This document shows positions 24,136-34,360 of a stretch of DNA of 64,000 nucleotides, in pieces. Numbering within the stretch: the stretch's first letter is position 1; each line of letters opens with the position of its first letter. Source of the DNA: Muribaculaceae bacterium (GTDB lineage Bacteria; Bacteroidota; Bacteroidia; Bacteroidales; Muribaculaceae); NCBI GenBank assembly GCA_017553785.1, contig JAFZKD010000121.1:5958-69957 (forward strand). Direction: 5' to 3'. Made by a program: the position numbers and the translations under genes. The notes beneath the pieces were generated by a model. The model searched no databases. It was not told the DNA's origin and worked only from the letters and a program-made list of their open reading frames with translations.

Positions 24136-25278
24136 ATGAAAAAAGAATATAAGATACCAACGTTACCACTTCCATACGATTTGGAAACGGTTGCAGTATT
24201 AAAACAGCTCAGCAAGGCAAATAGAAAACTTGCTGAATTAAAAGGCATTGCGCGCACAATACCCAATGAAAACATTCTCATAAGCACACTAACGATGCAA
24301 GAGGCAAGAGATAGCTCTGCTGTGGAAAACATTGTTACGACGCAGGATGACTTGTATAAGGCCGGGGTTGGCAACAAGCTGAGTATTATGAATCCTGCAA
24401 CTAAGGAGGTCTTACGCTATCGTGAGGCAATCTTTGAAGGTTTTAAATTAGTTAGAGAAAACAAGATACTATCAAACAATGTCATTAAAAAAGTACAAGA
24501 ATTGGTAAAACTTAATAATGCTGGTTTCCTAGTCTCTCCTGGAAAAGCTCTTGTCAATCAAAGTGATGGGAGTGTAGTTTATACACCACCGCAAGACATT
24601 AATGAGGTAAATAAGCAAATGGAGAACTTAGAAATCTTTATTAACAATCCAGAGATATGTAATCTTGATCCACTAATCAAAATGGCGATTATACATCATC
24701 AATTTGAAAGCATACATCCTTTTGGAGACGGCAATGGTAGGACGGGACGAATTATCAATATTCTATATCTCGTGATTACGGATTTGCTAGATCTGCCAAT
24801 CCTTTATTTGAGCAGATATATCACTCACAATAAAAATAAATACTACGCTCTACTTCAGGCTATTAGAGACAAGAATACCGACAATGCCAAAGAATGGGAA
24901 GAATGGATAGTTTTTATTCTTAAGGGAATAGAAGAAACTTCGACTAACACAATAGAATTAGTTAAAGGGATATCACAATTAATGGCGGAGTACAAGAAAA
25001 CTTTGCGCCCGCTATTTGATAAAGCATATAAACACGAATTGATAAACAATCTGTTCTTCCATCCCTATACCAAGATTGAGTATATGCAGAATGATATGAT
25101 GGTTCAGCGTAAAACAGCGGCAAAATATCTTGATAAGATAGTGGAGACTGGCTTACTTGAAAAAGTAAAAAAAGGAAGAGAAAACTATTACATAAATGTC
25201 AAACTATGTAACTTGTTTCTCAATTATAGTGATAAATTAGAGCCAGAGGAGAATACGATAGAGTCCATTGTCAAATAA
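24136..25278 (+). CDS. Fic family protein (Fic_N + Fic + C-terminal HTH)
   Basis: HPFGDGNGRTGR catalytic motif; SSAVEN inhibitory motif; TATCTTTG promoter box at 24091. Confidence 0.92.
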   Translation: MKKEYKIPTLPLPYDLETVAVLKQLSKANRKLAELKGIARTIPNENILISTLTMQEARDSSAVENIVTTQDDLYKAGVGNKLSIMNPATKEVLRYREAIFEGFKLVRENKILSNNVIKKVQELVKLNNAGFLVSPGKALVNQSDGSVVYTPPQDINEVNKQMENLEIFINNPEICNLDPLIKMAIIHHQFESIHPFGDGNGRTGRIINILYLVITDLLDLPILYLSRYITHNKNKYYALLQAIRDKNTDNAKEWEEWIVFILKGIEETSTNTIELVKGISQLMAEYKKTLRPLFDKAYKHELINNLFFHPYTKIEYMQNDMMVQRKTAAKYLDKIVETGLLEKVKKGRENYYINVKLCNLFLNYSDKLEPEENTIESIVK

Positions 25279-25279
25279 A

Positions 25280-25396
25280 ACATGTACCCCAAATGCCCCC
25301 TATGTTCCCTTTTACGACAAAACGTGTACCCTAAAATGCGGTTTCGGGTACACGTATGGGGCAAATAGGTATTAAAAGATATTATTGGGTACATGT
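25280..25396. repeat. Nested inverted-repeat element after fic
   Basis: ACATGTACCC/GGGTACATGT outer pair, TGCCCC/GGGGCA middle pair, ACGTGTACCC/GGGTACACGT inner pair. Confidence 0.7.
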
Positions 25397-25844
25397 AGGC
25401 ACTCCAGCTTTGATACTAACTCTATTACCAACTCTGTTACTTACTCTGACATTATGTTAAGCCTCTTGGAAAATAATAACATTATAACGCTAAGCGGCCG
25501 GTAGACATTGGTACACTGAGAATAAGATTGGCTGTAATTTCTGTGCTTTTTGATCTTGTAAAGGAGAGATGTTTGGGGCTATATTTGCGGGTGAAGAGGA
25601 ACCTTTTGGCTGTGCTTTAACACTTTCCCCTCACCTTGTGGTTTTTAAAAGTGTGTGGGGATTGACTCGTTTGGGATTAATATTAAGGCTGTTACGTTGA
25701 CTTGGAAATTCGGAAACCCAATTGCTTTTAGACAAAAAAGATTTTATGGGATGCCATCTCGTAACAGTCATCATAAAACAGATTGCACGAGCCGCGAGTG
25801 GGTCCGTACAATCAGATGTATCAAAGTTATGAGTTGTTTACCTC

Positions 25845-27308
25845 TTAAATCCAGCCCATCGAGTGGTAGAGGAAGGCGATGAGGTAGCCGGCAATGCAGG
25901 CTACAAAGGTGTGAACCAGGCCAGGCATCATGAACGAGTGGTTCAACAGATACTTGCCGATTACGGTAGTGCCTGTGCGGTCGAAGTTTACCGTGGCGAT
26001 GTCCGAGGGGTAGTTGGGAATGAAGAAATATCCATATACCGAGGGGAATACGCCCAGCAGAATCCAGCCGTCGATACCCAGTTTGTAGGCCAAGGGAAGC
26101 ATGGCAACGACCACGGCTCCCTGTGAGTTGACAAGCACCGAGACGAGGAAGAACGCAAAGGCAATCGACCACGGATATTGCTCTACCATGTCGGCAAGCA
26201 TATTTTGGATTTCGGGCAGGTAGTTAGCGAAATAGGTGTCGGCGAGCCACGCGATGCCGTAGATGGCGACTACAGCGACCATACCACTCTGCCAAACGGG
26301 ACCGGCAATGGCCTTTTTGGGCGAAGCCTTACAGAAGATGATCATCAGCGCAGCAGCTGTAATCATGACAATCTGGATGACAATGTTCATCTTCAAGGGT
26401 GACGAGATGGTTTCGGTCACACCTTCAACGTTGAGTCCCAGTTTGGCCAACTGGTCGGCAGTGAGGGTCAAGGTCGAACCCATCAGTTCCACGCCAGGAG
26501 CGTCTTTGATGGCCTTGATGCTGTCGTAGGCTGGCAGCAGTTCTTGGAAAATTGCGAAGAAAACGATGACCAGCAGGGCTCCGAAGAAGATAAAGACGGC
26601 ACGCTTGCTCTCGGGGGCGATTTTCTTGTCGAGGGTGGTGGCGGTATTGCCGTAGATGTATTCACGCTGAACGGGGTCGGCGATTTTTTTCTGGAACTCG
26701 GGGTCCTTGTCAAGATCCTTACCACGCTTGAAAGAGGCGATGGACGCCATCAAGATACCCAACAGGCAGGCTGGAATGGTCACCATGAGCACCTGCGGGA
26801 TGGTGATGTTGTAGCCGTTGCCGCCTGAAATGGTGATGAAAGCCACCACGGCTGCCGCGATGGGCGAGCAGGTGATACCAATCTGGGAAGCGATGCTGGC
26901 GATGCCGCAGGGGCGCTCGGGGCGGATGCCTTTCTTGAGCGCGATGTCACAGATGATGGGCATCAAGGTGTAAACAACGTGGCCAGTGCCGACGAGTACC
27001 GTCAGGACAAAAGTGCACAGTGGAGCAAGGAACGTGATGCGCTCCGGATGCTTGCGCAACAGTTTCTCGGCTAACTGGATGAGCCAGTCCATACCTCCCG
27101 AGGCCTGCATGATACCTGCACAGGTGACGGCAGCGATGATGATGTAGATTACGTCGGTGGGCGGTGTGCCCGGTTTCATACCAAAGCCGAACACGAGGAT
27201 GGCCAGGCCGATGCCGGAGATGGCACCCAAGGCCAGGCTACCGTATCGGGAACCCAGCCACAACGCTGCAAGCACGATGCAGAGTTGAAGAATCATGAGT
27301 AGTGACAT
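25845..27308 (-). CDS. Anaerobic C4-dicarboxylate transporter (DcuA/DcuB family)
   Basis: GTGHVVY, IRPERP, GKDLDKDPEF, FDRTGTT.IGKY..NHSFM.PG. Confidence 0.92.
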   Translation of the reverse strand: MSLLMILQLCIVLAALWLGSRYGSLALGAISGIGLAILVFGFGMKPGTPPTDVIYIIIAAVTCAGIMQASGGMDWLIQLAEKLLRKHPERITFLAPLCTFVLTVLVGTGHVVYTLMPIICDIALKKGIRPERPCGIASIASQIGITCSPIAAAVVAFITISGGNGYNITIPQVLMVTIPACLLGILMASIASFKRGKDLDKDPEFQKKIADPVQREYIYGNTATTLDKKIAPESKRAVFIFFGALLVIVFFAIFQELLPAYDSIKAIKDAPGVELMGSTLTLTADQLAKLGLNVEGVTETISSPLKMNIVIQIVMITAAALMIIFCKASPKKAIAGPVWQSGMVAVVAIYGIAWLADTYFANYLPEIQNMLADMVEQYPWSIAFAFFLVSVLVNSQGAVVVAMLPLAYKLGIDGWILLGVFPSVYGYFFIPNYPSDIATVNFDRTGTTVIGKYLLNHSFMMPGLVHTFVACIAGYLIAFLYHSMGWI

Positions 27309-27323
27309 ATTTGTTTGGTCTTT

Positions 27324-27361
27324 TAGTCGCTAGTCACTAGTCGCTAGTCACTAGTCACTAG
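27324..27361. repeat. Heptamer tandem repeat (TAGTCRC x5)
   Basis: tagtcgc tagtcac tagtcgc tagtcac tagtcac tag. Confidence 0.9.
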
Positions 27362-27376
27362 TTTTATGGTTGATAA

Positions 27377-28501
27377 TTAATAGCGGATGGAGACTTGGAA
27401 GAACAATGTGCTGTAGTTGTGCTTGGCCAGCGAGCGGTCGTTGGTCAGGCAGTATTCGCTCTGGAACTCCAGGTACTTGCAGAAGCGGTAGTTCAGACCT
27501 ACCTCATAGTTTGTCTTTTGAGCTACCGACGAGGCTGTGGGCCGGTAAAGGTCATAGCGAACCTTGCCCATCAACTTCTCGGGGATGAATGGCACGATGG
27601 CCAGGGCATAGAAGCCGTCGGCCTTGTCATTATTCACAGTCTCGCCATGCTTGTCGGTATAGGTCTTGATCGTGGCGTCCTTGGCATCATCGGCCTTCTG
27701 ATAGGTGGTGGAGAAACCGAGGCCCGTCGAGTGGATGTACTCTCCGCGCAGTTGCAAGTCACCTTTCTTATACTCGGCGCTTAAGGCATAGCGGTGCTGG
27801 CGCAGGCTCACCGTTTCGCCACCGCTCTTGCGGGCGTAAGACCCTTCCCAGCCGAAGGCACCTAAGCGCATTCCCTTGATGGGCATGACCCACGCGCCGC
27901 CGATGATGTCCTTACGTTCATCCACGTCCTTGACATTGATGCCCTGGCCGTTGAACACGCCCACCTGGTAGTGAAGCAGGTTGCGGCCGCTGCTGTTCTT
28001 CAGGAAGTCGCCTTGGAACTGCAGGCCGATGTCACGGCCGTTGCTCGCGTGCATTCCCGTGCGGTCGCTGAAGCCCGCCAACTTGGATACCGGCTGCGAA
28101 TAGCCCATGAAGCCTTGGTCAATCGGGTTCATCGGGTTCTCGTAGGTGAATGGACGCTTGAACTGGCCCAGTTTCACCTTGAAGTATTCATACTTTTGCC
28201 ACTCCATGAAGTAGTCCACAAGCCTTGGACTGCTGCCTAATGTCGTTGTGTTGCCGTTGATTTGGCCCTGGATTTTATAATAGAAGTCATCCAGGATGCG
28301 GCCCTCGATAGAGGCTCTCACCAGTCTCAGGTCAAACGTGTTGCTGTTGTTGCCGTCTTGAAACGTCGCCTGATAGGACGCCATGGCAAAGCCGCTGAAC
28401 TTGGGCGGCGTGAACAGTTTCTTCTTACCGTTCTCTTCTTGTGCCAAGCTGGGCAAAAGTAGTATTGCTGCCAGCAGGGTGAAAAGCATTCGTTTTGTCA
28501 T
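27377..28501 (-). CDS. OprO/OprP-like porin
   Basis: Signal peptide, FDLRLVR, GQFKRPF, GRDIG, NGQG, C-terminal aromatic residue; upstream of dcu. Confidence 0.8.
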   Translation of the reverse strand: MTKRMLFTLLAAILLLPSLAQEENGKKKLFTPPKFSGFAMASYQATFQDGNNSNTFDLRLVRASIEGRILDDFYYKIQGQINGNTTTLGSSPRLVDYFMEWQKYEYFKVKLGQFKRPFTYENPMNPIDQGFMGYSQPVSKLAGFSDRTGMHASNGRDIGLQFQGDFLKNSSGRNLLHYQVGVFNGQGINVKDVDERKDIIGGAWVMPIKGMRLGAFGWEGSYARKSGGETVSLRQHRYALSAEYKKGDLQLRGEYIHSTGLGFSTTYQKADDAKDATIKTYTDKHGETVNNDKADGFYALAIVPFIPEKLMGKVRYDLYRPTASSVAQKTNYEVGLNYRFCKYLEFQSEYCLTNDRSLAKHNYSTLFFQVSIRY

Positions 28502-28817
28502 AAAGTTTCTGTTATTTGGAGGTTAAAATATCTTTTCGGCAACAAATATAATCTTTTTATCCCAATTTGCCGTCATATCCTACCATTTTTCTGTATTTTC
28601 CTCGCTTTTCAACAATAATGACACCTTGAATCGGGTTTTCGGGACTGATGTGTTTTCCGGGAGTGGCTATTCCTTTTGGTACTTAAAATGGTTATTTTTA
28701 TCATACATTAAAAAATTGAGTGTGTTTTATTTGTTTTACAGATAGGTCTTTATATATCTTTGCATGAAGTCAAGTTTTTATTAACCTAATTAACATTAAC
28801 CCAAAAATCAAAGTATT

Positions 28818-30401
28818 ATGAAGAAAAATTTTTTATTGTTGCTCATTACCGTTCTGTCAATGGCGATGGGCGCACAAGCAGCGCAGATCAAGAATCAGCA
28901 GTTGCCTAAACCTGACCCGGACAAGCCTCACCATGTAGTGACTGCTCCCAGGGCTGACTTCTCGGCATCGTTGAGTGCCGGCACCCCCAAACTTGCTGAG
29001 TCGGTAGTTACTCCTCCTGAAGACCTTGAGATCAACAGTTACCGCTTGAATGGCTACATCTTTGACGGTTCAAGTTGGGCAGTCGTTGACCGCACGTTGC
29101 AGATCGGTATTGACGGTTATGACGTTTATCTGCAGGGTTTCAGTGTCTATCTGCCCGAGGCGTGGATCAAGGGCACGCTGAATGAAGACTTTACACAAGT
29201 CTCATTCCCTGTGCAGTACTTCGGCAACCTGTACGGCAACGATCTTTATTTCTATCCTACCTCGCCTGTGGGTGATGAGTATGTGGCCATCGATGCCGTA
29301 TTCAATTATGACGAGCGAGCCGATGTCTTCTTTTTGGATCAGGACCAGGTGTGCTACATTTTTGAGAATGCCTATGCCGACCATGTAGGTTGGTACTACA
29401 TGTATGACAGCGAGATGTCCATCACCCCCAATATCGGTACTGTCGAGGTGCCGGAAGGTCTGGAGGCCCAGCCCTATATGCTGACGGGTGTTTATATGGG
29501 GTATTATACTGAAACAGACGAATGGTTCGAGGGCGATCCCCTGATGGGCGCTGCCATGGTGGGCTTTGACGGTGACGACATCTATGTGCAAGGCTTATGT
29601 TCCTATATGCCCAAATCTTGGGTGAAGGGTCATCGCGAGGGCGACAGCTATGTGTTTGACAACGGCCAGTATTTTGGTCCGTTTGCCTTTGTCGGTGAGG
29701 TTTATCCCCTTTATTTCATGGGATGCGCTCCCGAAAGCGAGATTGCCGAACCCTTCACATTGACACTTGATCCCGAGACCGGTGTGCTTGTTGCGCAGCA
29801 GTGGTATGGCATCTGCGCTGACGATGTGGAGGTTAACTGGTATGACTTGCTGGGTCATGTCGTCCTGACCCCGATTGTTGATGAGCCTGCAGTTCCCGCC
29901 GATCCCACCGTGCTGTATTATGAGTACTATCCTGATGAGGAACTCGGCTTCGTCGTGCTCGATATCCCGGTGATGGATGTTGACGGCAAGCCTCTGTTGA
30001 CCGATCTGTTGGGTTATCAGCTCTTCTGTGACTATGGTTACGGTCCTGAGCCTTATGTCTTCTGGGCCGATATCTATGGCTTTGATGAGGACGAGACGGT
30101 CATCCCTTATGACTTCAATGATGACATGAACATCCTCATGGGAGGCCAGCTGGTGGTGGTTTACTTCATTGGCGACGACATCCAGCGCATTGGTGTACAG
30201 AGCGTCTATGAAGGCGGTGGAGAAACCAACCTCTCAGAGATTGGCTGGTATGATCTCACCCCGACAGCCGTTACAACGATCACAGCCGACGACAACCGCA
30301 CCGTGGAATACTATGACATGATGGGTCGCCGTGTTGATGGCACCAAATTGACTCCGGGCATCTATGTGACCAGCGATGGCCGCAAGATCCTTGTCAAATA
30401 A
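28818..30401 (+). CDS. Secreted acidic protein with two internal repeats and a T9SS-like C-terminal signal
   Basis: Signal peptide; repeated G.DG.D.Y.QG...Y.P..W.KG; ends EYYDMMGRRV...PGIYV...GRKILVK. Confidence 0.75.
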   Translation: MKKNFLLLLITVLSMAMGAQAAQIKNQQLPKPDPDKPHHVVTAPRADFSASLSAGTPKLAESVVTPPEDLEINSYRLNGYIFDGSSWAVVDRTLQIGIDGYDVYLQGFSVYLPEAWIKGTLNEDFTQVSFPVQYFGNLYGNDLYFYPTSPVGDEYVAIDAVFNYDERADVFFLDQDQVCYIFENAYADHVGWYYMYDSEMSITPNIGTVEVPEGLEAQPYMLTGVYMGYYTETDEWFEGDPLMGAAMVGFDGDDIYVQGLCSYMPKSWVKGHREGDSYVFDNGQYFGPFAFVGEVYPLYFMGCAPESEIAEPFTLTLDPETGVLVAQQWYGICADDVEVNWYDLLGHVVLTPIVDEPAVPADPTVLYYEYYPDEELGFVVLDIPVMDVDGKPLLTDLLGYQLFCDYGYGPEPYVFWADIYGFDEDETVIPYDFNDDMNILMGGQLVVVYFIGDDIQRIGVQSVYEGGGETNLSEIGWYDLTPTAVTTITADDNRTVEYYDMMGRRVDGTKLTPGIYVTSDGRKILVK

Positions 30402-30429
30402 TCCATCCCGACACGATTAATCACACGCA

Positions 30430-30462
30430 GCCCCCGTTGCCTCATGGTGCGACGGGGGCTTT
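30430..30462 (+). terminator. Intrinsic terminator
   Basis: GCCCCCGTTGC...GCGACGGGGGC followed by TTT. Confidence 0.7.
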
Positions 30463-30571
30463 CATTGATAATTACACCGAGAGTTGAGCGAAAAAAAACG
30501 GGGTGGGGGTTGTCTCAGTCGGGGAGATTGCGTAATTTTGCACACAATAAACCGATGACAACAGAAAAGCG

Positions 30572-32413
30572 ATGAATACCCGAATTGTTTTCAGATGGAT
30601 AGCAGTCTTGGTGCTTGTAATGGGTACTGTGGTTCCTGCTAGCGCGCAATATGGTAGCCGTGGCAACAAGCGTTACAACGAACGGTACAGCCGTGCGAAT
30701 ACCTATGGTGACGTGGTGGAGCTGCGCCTTAACGAACCAGGCACTCTTGAGGAGAAGATGCCCTTGAACATGATGGACCGCGTGCGGTTGTTGCGCATCG
30801 ACGGTCCTCTGGATTCCAAGGATTTCAGTTTCATAAAAAAAATGTGTAACCGCTCGCGTTGTGTGGATAGCCACGACCGCAAGATCGACAATTACATAGA
30901 CTTGGAATTGGAACACGCACGCATCATGAGTGCTGGAAGCAAGGGGTTGTTCGGCTATAGCGGTGAGCGTGATGTGTTGGGCGACGCGCTGGCCTATTCC
31001 AGTCATTTGCGGTCCATCGTGTTGCCCGAGCGTCTCAAGCGCATCGAGAACGGCGCCCTACGTGGCTGTAGCCAGCTGGAGGAAGTCATCATGCCTCCCA
31101 CAGTGCGCTCGCTGGGCGAAGACGCGTTTAGCGGTTGTAGCCAGATGGAATATATATTGTTGAGCGAGAAACTGGAAAGTATCGGGGAAGAGTGCTTTAA
31201 CGAATGCTCCAAGTTGCGCAGTATCTCCCTGCCCCGTTCACTCACCGAGATAGGAAATAGGGCATTTAAGGGAACAGGTTTGCAGCGCGTTTCCTTACCT
31301 AGTGGCTTGTTGACACTGGGCGCTGCCGCCTTTGACCATACGCCGCTCATCCTGCTTGATCTTCCTGCCGCTACCAAGATTGTCGACGATAATCTGGGTA
31401 CGATGAAAAAACTTGAGGAAATCACCGTGGAAGAAGGCAATCGCTATTACACCTATGAGAATGGCGTGCTCTATGACAACACCGGAAGTGTGTTGCTGCG
31501 GTGCCCTGCCGCACGCAACGGTTCTTTTGCCGTGCCCGAGGGCGTGGAGGAAATCGCTTGGACCGCTTTTTCCTATTCGCAACTGTCCCATGTGAGCATT
31601 CCAGATGGTGTGACCAAAATTGCCGCCTCGGCGTTTTATGAGTGCCCTCAGCTCAGGTCTGTGGATATACCTGCTAGTGTCACTGCTATCGGTGAATCCG
31701 CGTTCTATGGCTGCAACCGTCTCCAGAGCGTTGATTTGTTCAATGTAAGGAGTCTGGGTAAGAAAGCCTTTTACAACTGCAAGGCATTGGAGTCGGTCGT
31801 TGCAAATCAGTTGGGTATGGTGCAGCCATCATCATTTGAAGGATGCACGGCGTTGAAGGCGGTTGAGTTGTCGCCGTCGATCAACACCATTGGCGAGCAT
31901 GCTTTCAAGAATTGCAAGGCATTGTCTCAAATCACGCTCCCTGAATGCTTGACCACTATTTGCAATGAGGCTTTCGAGAATTGCGCGTTGTCTTCGCTGG
32001 AACTGCCCGCCAAGTTGGTCACCATAGGTGAGCGCGCCTTCAAAAACTGCAAGGGTCTGACCCATGTGTCGCTGCCCGACATCTGTGTCACGGTCGATAA
32101 TGAGGCTTTTCGTGAATGCACGTCACTGGTTGAAATTGATTTGGGCAAGGGCCTGCATGTCTTGGGCGATCATGCCCTGCGTGAGACCGCCATTTCCACA
32201 CTCGTCATCCCCGAGAGCGTGACCCATTTGGGTAAGAAAGTGGCCGAGAAATGCAAGGGTTTAGAACGCATTGAGTGCCATGCTGTTTTGCCCCCCAAGC
32301 TTGAAGGCGTCAGCAACAACAAGGTGGAACTCTATGTCCCAGCCTCCTCGATCAAAGCATACAAGAGCGCCAAGAACTGGAAGAACTTCAAAAACATCCT
32401 TCCAATTGAGTAA
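30572..32413 (+). CDS. BspA/TpLRR (LRR_5) leucine-rich repeat protein, secreted
   Basis: Many L..I.LP..L..IG..AF..C repeats; signal peptide. Confidence 0.9.
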   Translation: MNTRIVFRWIAVLVLVMGTVVPASAQYGSRGNKRYNERYSRANTYGDVVELRLNEPGTLEEKMPLNMMDRVRLLRIDGPLDSKDFSFIKKMCNRSRCVDSHDRKIDNYIDLELEHARIMSAGSKGLFGYSGERDVLGDALAYSSHLRSIVLPERLKRIENGALRGCSQLEEVIMPPTVRSLGEDAFSGCSQMEYILLSEKLESIGEECFNECSKLRSISLPRSLTEIGNRAFKGTGLQRVSLPSGLLTLGAAAFDHTPLILLDLPAATKIVDDNLGTMKKLEEITVEEGNRYYTYENGVLYDNTGSVLLRCPAARNGSFAVPEGVEEIAWTAFSYSQLSHVSIPDGVTKIAASAFYECPQLRSVDIPASVTAIGESAFYGCNRLQSVDLFNVRSLGKKAFYNCKALESVVANQLGMVQPSSFEGCTALKAVELSPSINTIGEHAFKNCKALSQITLPECLTTICNEAFENCALSSLELPAKLVTIGERAFKNCKGLTHVSLPDICVTVDNEAFRECTSLVEIDLGKGLHVLGDHALRETAISTLVIPESVTHLGKKVAEKCKGLERIECHAVLPPKLEGVSNNKVELYVPASSIKAYKSAKNWKNFKNILPIE

Positions 32414-32458
32414 TGGGACTTATCGCCGATCCTGCTAATTGCCAATATTGAATCGTTT

Positions 32459-33466
32459 ATGGAGCAGTCTCCCTTTACACAGGCGGTGTTGAGGTGGTTT
32501 GCGGTTTATGGCCGCGAACTGCCGTGGCGTGGCATCGGGGATCCTTACGGCATTTGGGTGAGTGAGGTCATCTTGCAGCAGACGCGCATCGACCAAGGCT
32601 CCGACTATTGGCTGCGCTTCATGGAGCGTTTCCCGACAGTTGAGGCGCTTGCAGCCGCCAGCGAGGACGAGGTGCTGCGAATGTGGCAGGGTTTGGGCTA
32701 TTACAGCCGTGCCCGCAATATGCATGCCGCCGCCCGCCAAATCGTTGAACAAGGCGGTTTCCCGCAAACCATCGAGGGATTGCGCGCTCTGAAAGGCGTT
32801 GGGGACTATATCGCTGCTGCCGTGGGGTCGATGGCCTTTGGCTTGCCGGCTGCTGCCGTCGACGGCAACTTCTACCGCGTGCTGGCACGTCACTTCGGCA
32901 TCGATGTGCCCATCAACACTACCCGAGGGAAGCACACCTTTGAGGCGTTGGCGCGGGAACTGCTGCCTGCCGACCAGCCCTCGGCGTTTAACCAGGCGAT
33001 GATGGACTTTGGGGCGACGTGGTGCACACCCCGCTCGCCGCGTTGCATCGACTGTCCCGTTGCCGAGACTTGCGAGGCTTTGCGGACGGGTCGTGTCAGC
33101 CAGTTACCGGTAAAAGAGAAAAAGCTCAAAGTGCGGGAACGCCGATTATCATATATCTACATCCGTCATGAGGGGATGACAGCGTTGCGCCGCCGTCCTG
33201 CTGGCGATATCTGGCAGGGTTTGTGGGAGCCCTTGCTCATCGAGAATGCTCCATTGCCCGATTTGGGACGCCCGCTCACGTTGCTGGCTAAAGACGTGAA
33301 GCACGTGCTCACCCACCGCATCCTGCTCGCTGACTTCTATCTTGCTGAGCCTACCGTCCGTCCCGCCCTGCCATCGGAATATATCTGGATAAAAGAGCGG
33401 GAGATCGGCGAATATGCCCTCCCCCGCTTAGTGGAAAAATTGATGGACTTGCTGGCAACCGGTTAG
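32459..33466 (+). CDS. mutY: A/G-specific adenine glycosylase
   Basis: WVSEVILQQT, WQGLGYYSRARN, VDGN..RVL, C-x6-C-x2-C-x5-C Fe-S motif. Confidence 0.93.
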   Translation: MEQSPFTQAVLRWFAVYGRELPWRGIGDPYGIWVSEVILQQTRIDQGSDYWLRFMERFPTVEALAAASEDEVLRMWQGLGYYSRARNMHAAARQIVEQGGFPQTIEGLRALKGVGDYIAAAVGSMAFGLPAAAVDGNFYRVLARHFGIDVPINTTRGKHTFEALARELLPADQPSAFNQAMMDFGATWCTPRSPRCIDCPVAETCEALRTGRVSQLPVKEKKLKVRERRLSYIYIRHEGMTALRRRPAGDIWQGLWEPLLIENAPLPDLGRPLTLLAKDVKHVLTHRILLADFYLAEPTVRPALPSEYIWIKEREIGEYALPRLVEKLMDLLATG

Positions 33467-33482
33467 GTTGCAACTTCGTCAT

Positions 33483-33923
33483 TTAGTCTTCAATATCGGT
33501 CTCAGTAGGATTGATGTCGTAGATATATGTCTTGAGGGTTTCACTCTGCTTGACAATGCCTTTATTCTTGACGGCGCGTATTAGATGGAAAAGGCAGGTG
33601 AAGTGTTTCTCGTCTCCCTTATACATATTGACATATTCCTCAAATTCCTTATCACAGGCAGCCACAACCGCTTCATCGCTACCCTTGCTGTCAGGATTGG
33701 GATAGGCTTTGCGAATCGCGTCTCTCATGCGGGTGATCGGGTTGTAATAGCGGTCGGTGAGGTCGGCTGAGCCGTTGACCAGGAACTCTTCCTCGACATC
33801 CAGATAATAGTCAACCACCGTGCCTGACGGTTCATCGTCTCCACATGAGGAGAAAGCGGCCATAGTGCCCACAAGCAAGAGCGAGAACAAAAGCCCCCGC
33901 CAGTGTTTGAATTGAAGTCTCAT
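33483..33923 (-). CDS. Hypothetical lipoprotein
   Basis: Lipobox FSSC followed by acidic GDDE; paralog of 34361..34825. Confidence 0.7.
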   Translation of the reverse strand: MRLQFKHWRGLLFSLLLVGTMAAFSSCGDDEPSGTVVDYYLDVEEEFLVNGSADLTDRYYNPITRMRDAIRKAYPNPDSKGSDEAVVAACDKEFEEYVNMYKGDEKHFTCLFHLIRAVKNKGIVKQSETLKTYIYDINPTETDIED

Positions 33924-33926
33924 GCT

Positions 33927-34274
33927 TTATTTCTTGATTTTTAAGTTCTGGTCAATCGCCTGATTCACATCGTGAATGGTGGGCTCGCCGGTTTGGGTCT
34001 CCAACACTTCCTTGACCAAAGCGTCGATGTCAATTTCTTGGGCAGGAGCGCGATTCACTTGTTCGGCAGCCAGAGCCTGATCGATGAGGGTGGTCACATC
34101 ATCGATGGTGATGGCGCCATCGTGGTTCGCGTCCAGGTTGGGAGCCATCAATGACGTGGGTTGCTCGTTGCCCAGCAGCACATTGATGCACAGGTCAACC
34201 AATGGAAGATCGCTTGCATTTGCCGAGATGCCTATCGCAACGGCACAAAACAGTAATGTAAAGATTCTTTTCAT
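33927..34274 (-). CDS. Small secreted dockerin-like protein
   Basis: Signal peptide; DANHDGAITIDDVTTLID plus a degenerate second TIHDV..AID. Confidence 0.7.
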   Translation of the reverse strand: MKRIFTLLFCAVAIGISANASDLPLVDLCINVLLGNEQPTSLMAPNLDANHDGAITIDDVTTLIDQALAAEQVNRAPAQEIDIDALVKEVLETQTGEPTIHDVNQAIDQNLKIKK

Positions 34275-34360
34275 AATTGTATCCTTTTAAATGTTATTCT
34301 CGTTTGTTGTCGCAAAGATAATGTAAGCTATTGAAATCTGCAAGAATGAACGGTGAAAAA

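Noticed and set aside
25435-25462. dif site (TTATGTTAAG resembles a XerD arm)
   Set aside because: No plausible XerC arm at the 6-bp spacing.
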